Below, in pieces: positions 7,952 through 17,217 of a stretch of DNA of 56,388 bases. How positions within the stretch are numbered: the first letter of the stretch is position 1; each line of letters begins with the position of its first letter. Source of the stretch: an uncultured Candidatus Saccharibacteria bacterium (GTDB lineage: Bacteria; Patescibacteriota; Minisyncoccia; Minisyncoccales; JAGGXC01); the NCBI GenBank assembly GCA_964607015.1, contig CAZSHN010000002.1:1-56388 (forward strand). The letters are read 5' to 3'. The translations under genes were made by a program, and so were the position numbers. Under the pieces are notes generated by a model. The model was given only the letters and a program-made list of their open reading frames with translations, was not told where the DNA came from and ran no database searches.

Positions 7952-9304
7952 ATGGAAAATAAGAAAGCAATAATTAGAAAAGCTCGAAAAGGAGACTTTG
8001 AATGGATTAAAAACCTGATGCAGGACGCTTTAGAACCTTACTATGGAGGAGATCATAAAGCACACGCAAAACGTATATTCAATGCTCATATTAAAGGAGG
8101 CATTGATCGAATTGGATTTTTCTCTTTTGAACAACGCATGTTTGTCGCAGAAGTTAATAACCAGATCGCTGGAATGATCCATTTAGTTGGAAAACGTCAA
8201 TCAACATACAAGATTAGCCCACTCATCGTTTCACCTAAATTTCGAGGATGCCTAGGGATAGGAAGCAGACTTTTGTATTTTGCTGAAAAATATGCAAGAA
8301 AAAACCAGGCACGCCAACTATATTGTACTGTAGCAAAGCAAAATATTGCATCCCTGCAATTTTTCCTTCGCAAGGGGTTCATTCAAGCAGGAAGCTCTGA
8401 AAGCCATTACAAAAATGGCATAACAGAAACAATGCTCTACAAGCCATTGTACGGAATAAGTAAAATAACATCCTTAGATCAACTTCATGTATCTGTTCTG
8501 CCATTTGACGAAAAAAACACTGGCATAAAAGAGCAAATTGAAAGATTGTTGCTGGGAAAACTTCAGAATTCTTTTGAAGGAATTACCGATGAATGGGTTC
8601 GTGCCCTTTTTGACGGTTACAGTCGGAGAAACAGTAAAGACATTAACACAAAATACAAGCTTATTTACGTAGCCACAGATAGTACAGGAAGAGTCATTGG
8701 TATAGTCGGGGCAACACCGAAAAAAGGAAGTCCAATTAAGATAATGCCTTTTATTGCAACAAATATAGTTGCCTTCGAAGCACTATTAATCGATCTTCCC
8801 TATCAATTGGCCCGATACGGTCATAAACTTTACATTCATCTTAATCCGAGTTCAGACGAAGTTGTTTCCCTCCAAAGACTTGGATGGAAATTAGATGCAG
8901 TAATGCCTGCGGCATATCATCAAAATATTATCACTCAACAATGGAGCTTGGATGTAGGAGAAGGTACCATGAGAACAATGAGAGTAAAAAGAAGGTTTTT
9001 TAACCTAATAAAGTCAGAAGCAAAAACGCTGGAAGTTCGTGTTCGATACAAAAACATTGACCGAATTCAAGCAGGAGAAATTATTTCCTTGGTCACGCAT
9101 AACGAGAGTATGAAAATAAAAGTAAAAAATGTTCGACACTATCACAGTTTCGAACAAATGCTCCAAAGAGAACCATGGGAAAAAATAGCCCCAGAATTAA
9201 ATTCCAAAGAAGAGGTTTTTTCTTTGTTAAAACAAATATATCCTTACCGCAAAGAAAAACTTGGTGTTGTAGTTTTCGAGTTTTCTCGTCCTAGCAACAT
9301 TTAA
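7952..9304 (+). CDS. Three-domain protein: GNAT N-acetyltransferase + degenerate second GNAT-like domain + C-terminal ASCH (PUA-like) domain
   Basis: 450 aa. Residues 1-165 hold GNAT motif A (IVSPKFRGCLGIGSRLLYFAEKYA). Residues ~175-335 are GNAT-like without the acetyl-CoA motif. Residues ~340-450 show the ASCH pattern (TLEVRV...IQAGEIISL...HYHSFEQML...SKEE...IYP...GVVVFEF). Confidence 0.7.
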   Translation: MENKKAIIRKARKGDFEWIKNLMQDALEPYYGGDHKAHAKRIFNAHIKGGIDRIGFFSFEQRMFVAEVNNQIAGMIHLVGKRQSTYKISPLIVSPKFRGCLGIGSRLLYFAEKYARKNQARQLYCTVAKQNIASLQFFLRKGFIQAGSSESHYKNGITETMLYKPLYGISKITSLDQLHVSVLPFDEKNTGIKEQIERLLLGKLQNSFEGITDEWVRALFDGYSRRNSKDINTKYKLIYVATDSTGRVIGIVGATPKKGSPIKIMPFIATNIVAFEALLIDLPYQLARYGHKLYIHLNPSSDEVVSLQRLGWKLDAVMPAAYHQNIITQQWSLDVGEGTMRTMRVKRRFFNLIKSEAKTLEVRVRYKNIDRIQAGEIISLVTHNESMKIKVKNVRHYHSFEQMLQREPWEKIAPELNSKEEVFSLLKQIYPYRKEKLGVVVFEFSRPSNI

Positions 9305-9317
9305 GATTGCCTCAAAT

Positions 9318-9352
9318 GTCCAGTGAGCTCATATAGCAACTGGACTTTTTTT
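9318..9352 (+). terminator. Rho-independent terminator of the GNAT-ASCH gene
   Basis: GTCCAGT-14 nt-ACTGGAC followed by TTTTTTTAT. It overlaps the stop codon of the convergent ASCH gene. Confidence 0.65.
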
Positions 9353-9692
9353 ATTTAACTAACTCTATTTTTATACCAACAGCATTATATTTCTGCTGTT
9401 CTTCTTTTGAGTAAAATTTATTAACTTCTTTAATTAGTTCTTCTTTTGAGTTTCCGCCAAATTTTTCCGGAGGAAAATCAGAAAAAAGTTCTTCAAAAGA
9501 ACTGTAGAGATAAATAGCCTTTACTTTCGTTAATATTTTTTGAGAAGAATCGTCTTTGTAAGTAAATTCAATTTGGTCACCAACACTAATCCTTTGACGT
9601 TTTTCGTCATACAACCTAGACTCAATATTTTTATTACTACTAACAACCTTCCTAAAAGGAATGGCAGCTAATTTCATTTGGTGTTTTGTCAT
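9351..9692 (-). CDS. Stand-alone ASCH-domain protein
   Basis: 113 aa. Pattern MKLAAIPFRKV...NIESRLYDEKRQRISVGDQIEF...YSSFEELF...SKEE...FYSKEEQQKYNAVGIKIEL. Same subfamily pattern as the C-terminus of 7952..9304. Confidence 0.7.
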   Translation of the reverse strand: MTKHQMKLAAIPFRKVVSSNKNIESRLYDEKRQRISVGDQIEFTYKDDSSQKILTKVKAIYLYSSFEELFSDFPPEKFGGNSKEELIKEVNKFYSKEEQQKYNAVGIKIELVK

Positions 9693-9738
9693 ATTTTTAA
9701 TTAAAAAATTAATTCCTCTCAGTTTCTCAAACCGTGTG

Positions 9739-9809
9739 CTGCGGGACTAGGATTCGAACCTAGATAGACAGCTCCAAAAGCTGTTGTCCTACCATTAGAC
9801 GATCCCGCA
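9739..9809 (-). tRNA. tRNA-Gln (anticodon UUG)
   Basis: Hand-folded cloverleaf: acceptor TGCGGGA/TCCCGCA (U1-A72), U8, D-stem GTCT/GGAC with GG in the loop, anticodon stem ACAGC/GCTGT, loop TTTTGGA, T-arm CTAGG-TTCGAAT-CCTAG, discriminator G. CCA is not encoded. Confidence 0.85.
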
Positions 9810-9815
9810 AGACTA

Positions 9816-11288
9816 TTATCTATTTAAATACATATTAAAGAAATTGTAAAGTTCCTTTGAATCTTTGTTTCCTTCAAAAGAATCAGGAGATAAAGGAGTT
9901 ATTAAAAAAGCACTTTGTTCTTTTATGCTAACTCCTCCATGACAACTAAAATTAGAAGAAAAACTAACAACTTTATCTTTTACTTTATCATTAACAACAA
10001 TCAAATCACCAGAAAACTCCATCTTAATTAAATCAACAAGCATCTTTAGAACAAAGTCTCTGTCAAAAACACCCGCTAAAGGATCTTTTCTTTCTATTTT
10101 TTCTTTAGAATCATTTAAAATTATTCTTCCTTCTTTTCCTAAAATAAGTATTCCTTCTTTAGAATTAACTAATAACAATTTAGTTACTTCGTGATTTAAA
10201 AGAAAATAAGCAAAACCAGGATATTTTTCATTAATATCTTCAAGAAGTAGCTTTCTACTAGAATCGTTAAAATAGATGTGGCCAATATTTGATAAAGGAA
10301 CAAAGTTTATCTTTTTATCCGAAAAATCCTTTTCGTCTCCAAGGTAAGCCTTCATTAAATTACGAAAAGGTTTACTCATCTGATCAAGCCAAGGAATTTT
10401 AACTATTGATTCCTCTATTTGATCTATGAAAGATTGATCTTGAAACTGGTCTCCTCTTCCAATTTCAGTTTCCAGCTTCTCTTCAAGAACAAAATCAAAT
10501 CTCTTTCCAAAATTATCTTCAAAAGAGGTAGATCTTTTTTGACCATGATCAGACATAACAAAGAAATCATAATCTATATCTTTACTTTCTTTGAGAAGAT
10601 TATAAATATCCTCTACCTTTTTATCTATTTTCCTAATTACTTTTTTTGTAAGGAAGCTGTTCTTTCCAAACATATGAGACCTTCTATCATAACCACTAAA
10701 ATTAACAAAAATATAAGGAGTCCCCTTTTCTATTTCTTTTTTAACAAGCAAGAAAGTAGCTTTTCTCAAGACACAATCTACAAAAAAACCACTAAAGAAA
10801 TTTACTCGATGAAGCCTGGTAACCAAAGAAAGAATCAAATCTATTAATAAGACAAAAGGGCTAAGAAAAATATAAAAAGCTACTTCTAGCTTAGAAAAAT
10901 TATCAATAACATTAGCAAGGTCAAAATTAGAAACAGAAAAGTTATCCTTTGCTCCTCCGGAAAATATAGAACCAATTGTCACTCCTTTTTTAAAAACACC
11001 ATTCTGCCATTTTTTCTCCATTCTCTTCGCTTCTTTCTTATTAAACAAACTTCTAAATCTTCTATTCTGTTTGTCGTACCAAGTAAGACCGGGAACATCA
11101 ACAGATTCTTTATGCATTAATCCAGCTTGAAGATTTAAGGCAGGAAGCCCACAATAAATTCTCTCTAATTCTGCCTCTTTATTTTTAACTAGCTTATTCA
11201 AAAAAGGAGCCCTTCCTTTTTCAATTGCTCCTTTTATTCCCTGATAAGACAATCCGTCTATTTCTATGATTATAAAGCCTTTTTTCAT
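9816..11288 (-). CDS. Alkaline-phosphatase-superfamily protein (type I phosphodiesterase / nucleotide pyrophosphatase-like)
   Basis: 490 aa. N-terminal IIEIDGLSY metal-site motif and FVMSDHGQ motif. An internal hydrophobic segment (FYIFLSPFVLLIDLILSLV) is unusual. Confidence 0.55.
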   Translation of the reverse strand: MKKGFIIIEIDGLSYQGIKGAIEKGRAPFLNKLVKNKEAELERIYCGLPALNLQAGLMHKESVDVPGLTWYDKQNRRFRSLFNKKEAKRMEKKWQNGVFKKGVTIGSIFSGGAKDNFSVSNFDLANVIDNFSKLEVAFYIFLSPFVLLIDLILSLVTRLHRVNFFSGFFVDCVLRKATFLLVKKEIEKGTPYIFVNFSGYDRRSHMFGKNSFLTKKVIRKIDKKVEDIYNLLKESKDIDYDFFVMSDHGQKRSTSFEDNFGKRFDFVLEEKLETEIGRGDQFQDQSFIDQIEESIVKIPWLDQMSKPFRNLMKAYLGDEKDFSDKKINFVPLSNIGHIYFNDSSRKLLLEDINEKYPGFAYFLLNHEVTKLLLVNSKEGILILGKEGRIILNDSKEKIERKDPLAGVFDRDFVLKMLVDLIKMEFSGDLIVVNDKVKDKVVSFSSNFSCHGGVSIKEQSAFLITPLSPDSFEGNKDSKELYNFFNMYLNR

Positions 11289-11294
11289 TTTAAC

Positions 11295-12416
11295 TTATTC
11301 GCTATCCATAATATCTACCGCCTGCACCAACGCAAGCTCTAAGGGTAGCTGGGAAATAGAAGAATACCTTGTTTTTGCTTCTGCCTCTAAAAACAAGTTT
11401 AAAATATTGCGAATCTGTTTTTCGGAAAAAGACTTAATCTGATTTTCAAGTCTTTCTTTTTCTTCCTTAGTTAAGCTCTCAACAAAAGGATCATCAAAAT
11501 CAGAACTAATTTTCAAAAGCAATGCTTGTCTTAAATAGCTTATTAAAGCGGATAAAAACTCTTGAGGATCATAACCGGCACCGAAAGTTTTATTCAAGAA
11601 CTCAAGAGCTCCTTTATTATTTTTATCAACGATAAAATCAACAAACTCTCCTACTATTTCTACTTCAACTGCTCCCAAGAGACCTCTAATATCCTCTGTT
11701 TTTATTTCTTTCCCATTGCCAGAAAAAGTTAACACTTGATCTAAAAATCCTTCTGCATCTCTTATTGATCCTTCAGAATTAAGAGCAATTAAATTAAGAG
11801 CCTTCTCTTCTATTTTAATTCCTTCTTTCTTAACAATGAATTTCATCTTCTTAATAATCTCTGGAGCTCTTAATTTCCTGAAATCAAATCTTTGGCAGCG
11901 AGAAACAATAGTTCCTATCATCTTATGGGCTTCAGTAGTAGCAAGAATGAAGATAGCATGAGCTGGAGGTTCTTCTAATGTCTTCAGCAAAGCATTAGCC
12001 GCATCTTTAGATAATTGATGGCATTCGTCTATAATAAAAACCTTGTATTTTAATTTACTTGGAGAAAAACGAATACCACTTTTAAGATCTCTTATCTCGT
12101 CAATTCCTCGATGAGACGCAGCATCAATTTCAATCAAATCTATTGCTCTTCCTTTCTCAATTTCCAAACAAGAGGAGCACTTATTACATGGTTCAAATTC
12201 TCCTTTCTTTTTATTTTCACAATTAACTGCCTTAGCTAACAAACGAGCAATAGTAGTCTTTCCTGTTCCTCTTGGACCAGAAAACAAATAAGCATGAGAA
12301 ACCATCTCTTCAGAAAGAGCGTTGGTTAAAGTTTTAACAACATGATCTTGCCCAACTACTTCAGAGAATTTAGTTGGACGATATTTTCTATATAATACTA
12401 AGTTTTCTTTTTCCAT
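11295..12416 (-). CDS. dnaX: DNA polymerase III subunit gamma/tau
   Basis: YRPTKFSEVVGQ, GPRGTGKTT Walker A, a CxxCxxC zinc module, and IIDECHQLS. Start moved to the internal ATG (MEKENLVLYRKYRP) because the 24 upstream track residues look non-coding. Confidence 0.9.
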   Translation of the reverse strand: MEKENLVLYRKYRPTKFSEVVGQDHVVKTLTNALSEEMVSHAYLFSGPRGTGKTTIARLLAKAVNCENKKKGEFEPCNKCSSCLEIEKGRAIDLIEIDAASHRGIDEIRDLKSGIRFSPSKLKYKVFIIDECHQLSKDAANALLKTLEEPPAHAIFILATTEAHKMIGTIVSRCQRFDFRKLRAPEIIKKMKFIVKKEGIKIEEKALNLIALNSEGSIRDAEGFLDQVLTFSGNGKEIKTEDIRGLLGAVEVEIVGEFVDFIVDKNNKGALEFLNKTFGAGYDPQEFLSALISYLRQALLLKISSDFDDPFVESLTKEEKERLENQIKSFSEKQIRNILNLFLEAEAKTRYSSISQLPLELALVQAVDIMDSE

Positions 12417-12505
12417 ATTTAAATATTTTAACATAGCATAAGACAACTTGAAACAGTTGACATTGTAGAATAATGACTTATTATTCAACCGAGGAAAGAT
12501 TAACG

Positions 12506-12766
12506 ATGAGCTTTGAAAAAGAGATAATAGAAGGAAGAAAAGGACAAAAGATAGAAATAAGAGGAAGAGAAGTAAAAGAAATAATAATCAGGGATTGCAA
12601 CAAAACCAGAATATTCATATCAGATAATAACAATCTAGAAAGCGTTCATATTAAAAACTCTTACCTCAGAAACCTAACCTTAGCCCTTTCAAAATCAGAA
12701 ATAAAGATAGAGAATACAAAGATAAAAGATGCCTTTATTGTAATAGAAAACAAAAAGAACCCATAA
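12506..12766 (+). CDS. Hypothetical 86-aa protein
   Basis: The internal ATG is preceded by GAGGAAAG. A hairpin terminator spans the stop codon. No family recognised. Confidence 0.4.
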   Translation: MSFEKEIIEGRKGQKIEIRGREVKEIIIRDCNKTRIFISDNNNLESVHIKNSYLRNLTLALSKSEIKIENTKIKDAFIVIENKKNP

Positions 12767-12785
12767 AAATGGGTTCATTTTTTTT
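12757..12785. terminator. Bidirectional hairpin terminator between convergent genes
   Basis: GAACCCA-TAAAAA-TGGGTTC flanked by A-run and T-run on both sides. Confidence 0.7.
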
Positions 12786-12799
12786 ACAAAAACCTATTA

Positions 12800-13462
12800 C
12801 TATTTCTTGAAGACAAGAAACTTGTAACCAACAAAATTCCAAACAAAGGCAGCAAAGGCAGCTATAACGATTGAGATATTCCCCCAAATCTTAACTGTTG
12901 TTCCGAACTGAGGACCAATATATTTTGATACAAAGGTAGCAACTCCTACATTGATTGCAAGCCCAAGCAGAGTAACCAAATAAAGTTTTCCGAATTCTTT
13001 TGTCCTGGACTCAGAATCTCTTTTGTTGAAAGTCCAATACTTGTTCCAGAAATAAGAATTTACAGCTCCGGCACTAAAAGAAACAGCCTTTATAGCAGCA
13101 AAAGCTAAAGCTCCAATAGTAATTCCTTTAATAAAGGCTTCATCTTGATTTGCAAACAAAACAGGCAAAGCAGAAGGCAATAAAATATAAAACAATAAAT
13201 TGAATATTCCCAAATCAACTAAAGTATTCAGAACTCCTGCAAGAAAGCATCTTGCTATCTGCAAAAGAACTGGCATCTTACGAGACATGACAGAAGCAAC
13301 AAAAATCATTCCAATAGCACCGATTGGAAGAACAACAAACAGTAAAATAGGATAATCTCCAACAATAGGTAGTTTTAGCCCAATAAAACTTAAAATAAAA
13401 AAACCTATTAAAGCAGAGATTAACCCAATAGTTACAGAACCTAAAATATCACTTTTCCTCAT
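12800..13462 (-). CDS. GtrA-family membrane protein with extra N-terminal TM helices
   Basis: 220 aa, polytopic. GtrA-like signature FLAGVLNTLVDLGIFNLLF ... FVWNFVGYKFLVFKK at the C-terminus. Confidence 0.65.
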   Translation of the reverse strand: MRKSDILGSVTIGLISALIGFFILSFIGLKLPIVGDYPILLFVVLPIGAIGMIFVASVMSRKMPVLLQIARCFLAGVLNTLVDLGIFNLLFYILLPSALPVLFANQDEAFIKGITIGALAFAAIKAVSFSAGAVNSYFWNKYWTFNKRDSESRTKEFGKLYLVTLLGLAINVGVATFVSKYIGPQFGTTVKIWGNISIVIAAFAAFVWNFVGYKFLVFKK

Positions 13463-13564
13463 ATTTTTAATAATAAATTATTTTTTTAATATTACTCATT
13501 ATATCATAAATATATTTAAAAATAAGGTGTGAAAAACTAAAAGAATGTGATAAAATAAAAATCG

Positions 13565-14977
13565 ATGATAAAAGTATACAATACCCTATCAAAAGAAAAA
13601 GAAGCCTTAAAACCTCTTAAAGACAAAGAGATCAATCTTTTTGTTTGCGGTCCTACTGTTTATGACTTCTCTCATATCGGTCATGCTAGAACTTATATTA
13701 TCTTTGATGTAATCGTAAATTACCTCAAAAGCCAAGGTTTCAAACTTTTTTACCTTCAAAATATAACAGACATTGATGACAAGATTATAAAAAGAGCAAA
13801 AGAAAAAAACAAAGAATGGAAAGAGATCGCTAAAAAGTTTGAACTAGAATATAAGAAAGACATGAAAGAGCTAAGAATAGACAGCGTAGACAAATACGCT
13901 AAAGCAACTGACTATATCCAAGCAATAGAAAGCCAGGTGAAAAGATTAATGGAAAAAGGATTTGCTTACAAATTAAATGATGGAATTTATTATGATATAA
14001 GCAAATTCAAAGAATACGGAAAACTATCAAAAAGAAAAGCAGAAAAATCAGAAGATGCAATCTCAAGGATTGATAAAAACAAAAATAAAAGAAACAAAGG
14101 AGATTTTTGTCTCTGGAAATTCTCAAAACCAAACGAACCTAGCTGGAAAAGTAATCTTGGCGAAGGAAGACCTGGCTGGCATATAGAAGATACTGCAATT
14201 ACTGAAAAAGAATTTGGTTTTCAATACGATATTCACGGAGGAGCCCGAGATCTAATCTTCCCTCACCATGAAGCAGAAATAAGTCAGATGGAAGCTTTGT
14301 CAGGCAAAAAACCAATGGCAAAATACTGGCTGCATACAGGTTTCTTAAGAGTTGAAGGAAGAAAGATGTCTAAGTCTTTAGGAAACTTTATTACCATAAA
14401 AGAATTCTTAAAAGAAAACTCTCCGAACCTTTTAAGATTTCTTATTATTAAAAGCCATTACCGTTCTCCAATAAATTATAGTGAAGCAAAGTTAATCAAA
14501 ACAGAAAAAGAGCTTGAAAGAATAGAAGAATTTGTTGCCAGATTAAAAGAAATTAAAAACAACAAAAGCAGCAAATCAAAGCTCGCAGAGAAAACAAGAA
14601 AGGAATTTCAAAAAGCAATGAATGATGATTTCAATACTCCGGAAGCAATCGCCTCAATCTTTAATCTAGTTAATAAAGGAAACAAGTTAATAGACCAAGA
14701 AAAAATAAGCAAAAAAGAAGCAGAAGAAATAATTAATCTCCTAAAAGAAATCGATAAAATATTCAAAATTGATCTAACGAAAACAGACGATAGGATTACC
14801 TTAAAAAATAAAGTTCAAATATCAAAGAAATTAAACGCACTTATCAATAAAAGAGAAAAGCACAGAAAAAACAAAGACTGGGAAAAGGCTGACAAAGCAA
14901 GAAAAGAAATAGAAAAACTAGGATACAGAATAAAAGACACTAAGGAGGGACCAAAAATAAAGAAATTTAGCAAATAA
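13565..14977 (+). CDS. cysS: Cysteine--tRNA ligase
   Basis: HIGHARTY (HIGH) and KMSKSLGN (KMSKS) class I motifs, plus the CGPTVYD N-terminus. Confidence 0.95.
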   Translation: MIKVYNTLSKEKEALKPLKDKEINLFVCGPTVYDFSHIGHARTYIIFDVIVNYLKSQGFKLFYLQNITDIDDKIIKRAKEKNKEWKEIAKKFELEYKKDMKELRIDSVDKYAKATDYIQAIESQVKRLMEKGFAYKLNDGIYYDISKFKEYGKLSKRKAEKSEDAISRIDKNKNKRNKGDFCLWKFSKPNEPSWKSNLGEGRPGWHIEDTAITEKEFGFQYDIHGGARDLIFPHHEAEISQMEALSGKKPMAKYWLHTGFLRVEGRKMSKSLGNFITIKEFLKENSPNLLRFLIIKSHYRSPINYSEAKLIKTEKELERIEEFVARLKEIKNNKSSKSKLAEKTRKEFQKAMNDDFNTPEAIASIFNLVNKGNKLIDQEKISKKEAEEIINLLKEIDKIFKIDLTKTDDRITLKNKVQISKKLNALINKREKHRKNKDWEKADKARKEIEKLGYRIKDTKEGPKIKKFSK

Positions 14978-15024
14978 AATCCCTTGTAAAGCAAAATAAA
15001 TTTTGCTAAATTCAAGATAGAATA

Positions 15025-16383
15025 ATGGCTAAAAACAAAAACAACAATTTCAACTCTTCAAACAAACTTCCTCCTCAAGATAAAGAGGCCGAAAAGTCAT
15101 TAATCGGCTCTTTAATGCTTAGCGAAAAAGCAATCTATAAGGTGATTGACTTTTTAACTCCCGATGATTTTTATAGAGACTCTAATAGAAAAATCTATCA
15201 AGCAATGGTAGATTTATTCGAAAAGCAGGAAGCAATCGATGTATTGTCGGTAACTACCCGCTTAAAAGAAATGAAGGAGCTGGAAAATATAGGAGGATCT
15301 ACTTATTTATCAGAATGTATCAATTCAGTTCCTACCGCTTCTCATGTTTTAAACTATGCAAAAATAATTCAGAAGAAGAGAATATTAAGAAATTTAATTG
15401 ATGCCTCTTATGATATTGGAGAATTGGGATACGATGAAAGAGAAGATATTGATGTTACTTTAGATAAAGCAGAAAAAAGAATTTTCAGCGTAGCTCAACA
15501 AAGTCTAACTCAATCATTTTCCGCAGTAAAAGATAATTTAGTAGAAGCTTTTGAAAGAATAGAAAGTCTCTCAGAAAACAGAGATGCGGTAAGAGGAGCT
15601 TCTACTGGATTTGTTGATTTAGACAAGATAATATCTGGTTTCCAGAAATCGAACTTCATAATTTTGGCAGCAAGACCAAGTCTTGGTAAAAGCTCCCTTG
15701 CTTTAGATTTTGCAAGAAATATTGCTACAAAAGAAAATACACCTGTAGGTATTTTCAGCTTAGAAATGTCTACCGATCAAATAGTAGACAGGTTAATTGC
15801 TAGCGAAGCAAACATTGATCTTTGGAAGATAAGAACTGGATATCTTTCAGATTCTGGAGAAAATAATGATTTTGTTAAAATAAGGCACGCTTTAGATACT
15901 TTAAATAATGCTCCTATTTACATAGATGATGCTGCTAACGTAAATGTGCTCCAGATGAGAGCAATGGCTAGAAGGCTACAGGCAGAAAAAGGATTAGGAT
16001 TAATCATTATCGATTATCTCCAGCTTATTGAGCCAAAAACTTCTTTTGACTCAATTGTTCGTCAGATAACAGAAATATCAAGAGCATTAAAGGGATTAGC
16101 GAAAGAATTAAATATTCCTGTCTTAGCATTGTCTCAGTTGTCACGTGCAGTAGAACAAAGAACTCCTCAGGTACCAAGATTGTCTGACCTTAGAGAATCA
16201 GGTGCTTTAGAGCAAGACGCAGACGTTGTTATGTTCATTCACCGAGAAGATCGTTACAGACCCGAAACTTCAAGAAAAAATATTGCTGATATCATTGTAG
16301 CGAAACACCGTAACGGTCCAATCGGGAAAGTAGAACTTTTCTTTAATGAAAGATTAGCTTCTTTTAGAAACTTAGAGAAATAA
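15025..16383 (+). CDS. dnaB: Replicative DNA helicase
   Basis: PPQDKEAEKSLIGSLM N-terminus, ARPSLGKSS Walker A, IIIDYLQL Walker B, AKHRNGP. Confidence 0.95.
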   Translation: MAKNKNNNFNSSNKLPPQDKEAEKSLIGSLMLSEKAIYKVIDFLTPDDFYRDSNRKIYQAMVDLFEKQEAIDVLSVTTRLKEMKELENIGGSTYLSECINSVPTASHVLNYAKIIQKKRILRNLIDASYDIGELGYDEREDIDVTLDKAEKRIFSVAQQSLTQSFSAVKDNLVEAFERIESLSENRDAVRGASTGFVDLDKIISGFQKSNFIILAARPSLGKSSLALDFARNIATKENTPVGIFSLEMSTDQIVDRLIASEANIDLWKIRTGYLSDSGENNDFVKIRHALDTLNNAPIYIDDAANVNVLQMRAMARRLQAEKGLGLIIIDYLQLIEPKTSFDSIVRQITEISRALKGLAKELNIPVLALSQLSRAVEQRTPQVPRLSDLRESGALEQDADVVMFIHREDRYRPETSRKNIADIIVAKHRNGPIGKVELFFNERLASFRNLEK

Positions 16384-16388
16384 AAAAA

Positions 16389-17003
16389 GTGTACCCGAAA
16401 TCGATCCAAAAACTGATCAAACAATTTTCTAATTTCCCATCCGTTGGTCCAAAAACAGCAGCTCGTTTTGTATTCTATCTTCTAAATTCACCAAAAGGAG
16501 AAACAGAACAATTAATAGAAACAATATCAAGATTGTCAGAACAAGTAAAACAATGTTCTTTTTGCTTTAAGTCGTTTGAAGGTGAAGGAAATTTATGCGA
16601 AATATGTTCTAACACTGGAAGAAATAGATCAAAAATTTGTGTAGTAGAGAAAGAAATAGATCTCAATGCTATTGAAAAAACTAAAATATACAAAGGAGTT
16701 TATTTTATTTTAGGAGGAAACATCTCTCTTAAAAAAGACTCTGAAGAAAAGATAAGACTAAAAGAGCTAATTGAAAGAATAAAAGATCCCGCTTCTTTTC
16801 ATCTGTTCAACGCTTCTTTTGAAGAAATTATAATAGCAACCAATCCAACTACCGAAGGAGAAGCAACGAGCAGGCTTCTAAAAGCAAAACTTTCTCCTTT
16901 TAATAAAAAAATAACCACTCTAGGACGTGGTTTGCCAACGGGCGGAGAATTAGAATATGCAGATGAAGAAACACTAGAAGAAGCGCTGAACAGAAGAAAA
17001 TAA
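16389..17003 (+). CDS. recR: Recombination protein RecR
   Basis: FPSVGPKTAARFVF HhH motif, a C4 zinc finger (CSFC...CEIC), and a Toprim segment. GTG start. Confidence 0.95.
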   Translation: MYPKSIQKLIKQFSNFPSVGPKTAARFVFYLLNSPKGETEQLIETISRLSEQVKQCSFCFKSFEGEGNLCEICSNTGRNRSKICVVEKEIDLNAIEKTKIYKGVYFILGGNISLKKDSEEKIRLKELIERIKDPASFHLFNASFEEIIIATNPTTEGEATSRLLKAKLSPFNKKITTLGRGLPTGGELEYADEETLEEALNRRK

Positions 17004-17019
17004 AACTCCCCTATTATTA

Positions 17020-17056
17020 AAAAAATGAGCCATTTTAGAAAAAAATGGCTTTTTTA
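17020..17056. terminator. Bidirectional terminator between recR and the minus-strand small unit
   Basis: AGCCATTTT-AGAAA-AAAATGGCT (9-bp stem) with T-runs on both strands. Confidence 0.75.
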
Positions 17057-17091
17057 TAGATAGAGATATTTTATTGTTTAAAAGATCGTCC

Positions 17092-17196
17092 TTATTGTTG
17101 TTCTAACAGGAACGTTCTTACTTCCTCTTTGTTGTCGGAGTTGAGAACCATTACTTCTCCGCCAACTTGCACCATTGTGCTTCCAGGAATTATCAT
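17092..17196 (-). CDS. Possible 34-aa small protein (MIIPGSTMVQVGGEVMVLNSDNKEEVRTFLLEQQ)
   Basis: Hand-translated. GGAAGGAAAG lies directly upstream of the ATG at 17196. The ORF sits between a consensus promoter and a strong terminator. The in-frame ATG at 17217 abuts the -10 box and is probably not transcribed. Confidence 0.3.
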   Translation of the reverse strand: MIIPGSTMVQVGGEVMVLNSDNKEEVRTFLLEQQ

Positions 17197-17217
17197 CTTT
17201 CCTTCCACCTCATCCAT

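Noticed and set aside
12417-12488. 24-residue N-terminal extension of dnaX in the track
   Set aside because: DnaX homologues begin close to the YRP..F motif. The extension (MNNKSLFYNVNCFKLSYAMLKYLN) looks like translated AT-rich spacer, and it overlaps the divergent promoter region.
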